DNA of 4,124 nt, taken from assembly GCF_003334785.1 (NCBI RefSeq), contig NZ_QOWV01000049.1; one strand, written 5' to 3'. Below, piece after piece: positions 4,048-4,124 of this stretch. Source of the DNA: Escherichia coli. GTDB lineage: Bacteria; Pseudomonadota; Gammaproteobacteria; Enterobacterales; Enterobacteriaceae. Every line of letters begins with the position of its first letter. Position 1 is the first letter of the stretch. A program made the position numbers and the translations under genes. The notes beneath the pieces are model-generated. The model saw only the letters and a list, made by a program, of their open reading frames with translations, ran no database searches and had not been told where the DNA came from.

Positions 4048-4124
4048 TGAACCGCCCCGGGTTTCCTGGAGAGTGTTTTATCTGTGAACTCAGGCTGCCA
4101 GATCATCGTTTCCGATGGAAGCAT
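4048..4124 (-). mobile_element. IS3-family insertion sequence, IS629/IS1203/IS3411-like. The right (IRR) end is present and the element continues beyond the window.
   Basis: Positions 4048-4124, TGAACCGCCCCGGGTTTCCTGGAGAGTGTTTTATCTGTGAACTCAGGCTGCCAGATCATCGTTTCCGATGGAAGCAT, are the reverse complement of the IS629 right end as I remember it (...TATGCTTCCATCGGAAACGATGATCTGGCAGCCTGAGTTCACAGATAAAACACTCTCCAGGAAACCCGGGGCGGTTCA). The terminal TGAACCGCCCCGGG is the characteristic IS3-group inverted repeat, with a 5'-TG terminus. Confidence 0.85.
4090..4124 (-). CDS. IS3-family transposase OrfB, extreme C-terminus (partial, continues off the window)
   Basis: The minus strand reads (t)at gct tcc atc gga aac gat gat ctg gca gcc tga, giving ...YASIGNDDLAA*. 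The stop is the complement of 4090-4092. This matches the remembered C-terminal end of the IS629 OrfB. Confidence 0.75.
   Translation of the reverse strand, partial: ASIGNDDLAA

Noticed and set aside
1-4124. CRISPR arrays, tRNA/rRNA genes, integron attC sites and recognisable toxin-antitoxin or restriction-modification genes
   Set aside because: I saw no regularly spaced repeats, no cloverleaf-compatible segments and no recognisable motifs of these classes on either strand.

Overview
The window looks like mosaic accessory DNA of an E. coli/Shigella-type plasmid or genomic island, with segments of visibly different base composition and several decayed genes. All family assignments are from reading the translations and from memory, since no searches were possible.

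Left to right:
- **89-475 (+):** 3' remnant of an outer-membrane beta-barrel gene with no usable start, followed by a GC-rich rho-independent terminator.
- **535-1119 (+):** intact AT-rich gene for a secreted histidine phosphatase. It closely resembles Ais/PmrG, the LPS core heptose(II)-phosphate phosphatase.
- **1120-1513:** about 400 bp with no convincing gene, containing palindromes.
- **1514-1669 (+):** short lipoprotein-leader ORF with lipobox LAGC. It overlaps, out of frame, the start of the next ORF.
- **1542-2771 (+):** 409-codon ORF whose real content appears to be the C-terminal polytopic membrane half of a DotA/TraY-type (IncI/type IVB conjugation) protein.
- **2788-3510 (+):** self-contained promoter-SD-ORF-terminator cassette encoding a 204-aa two-TM protein. 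It sits where IncI plasmids carry the entry-exclusion gene excA.
- **3559-3753 (+):** Hha/YmoA-family H-NS co-modulator gene. Its conserved C-terminal Trp codon reads TAG.
- **3773-3805 (-):** terminator oriented for the minus strand, with possible small ORFs.
- **3977-4047 (+):** 5' stub of a small ORF cut by the insertion below.
- **4048-4124 (-):** inverted-repeat end and last transposase codons of an IS629/IS1203-like IS3-family element, running off the window.

The most interesting reading is that a degraded IncI-like transfer region has kept only an exclusion-type module: the TraY core plus an autonomously expressed ExcA-like gene. This module lies next to envelope-remodelling (Ais-like) and silencing (Hha-like) functions.
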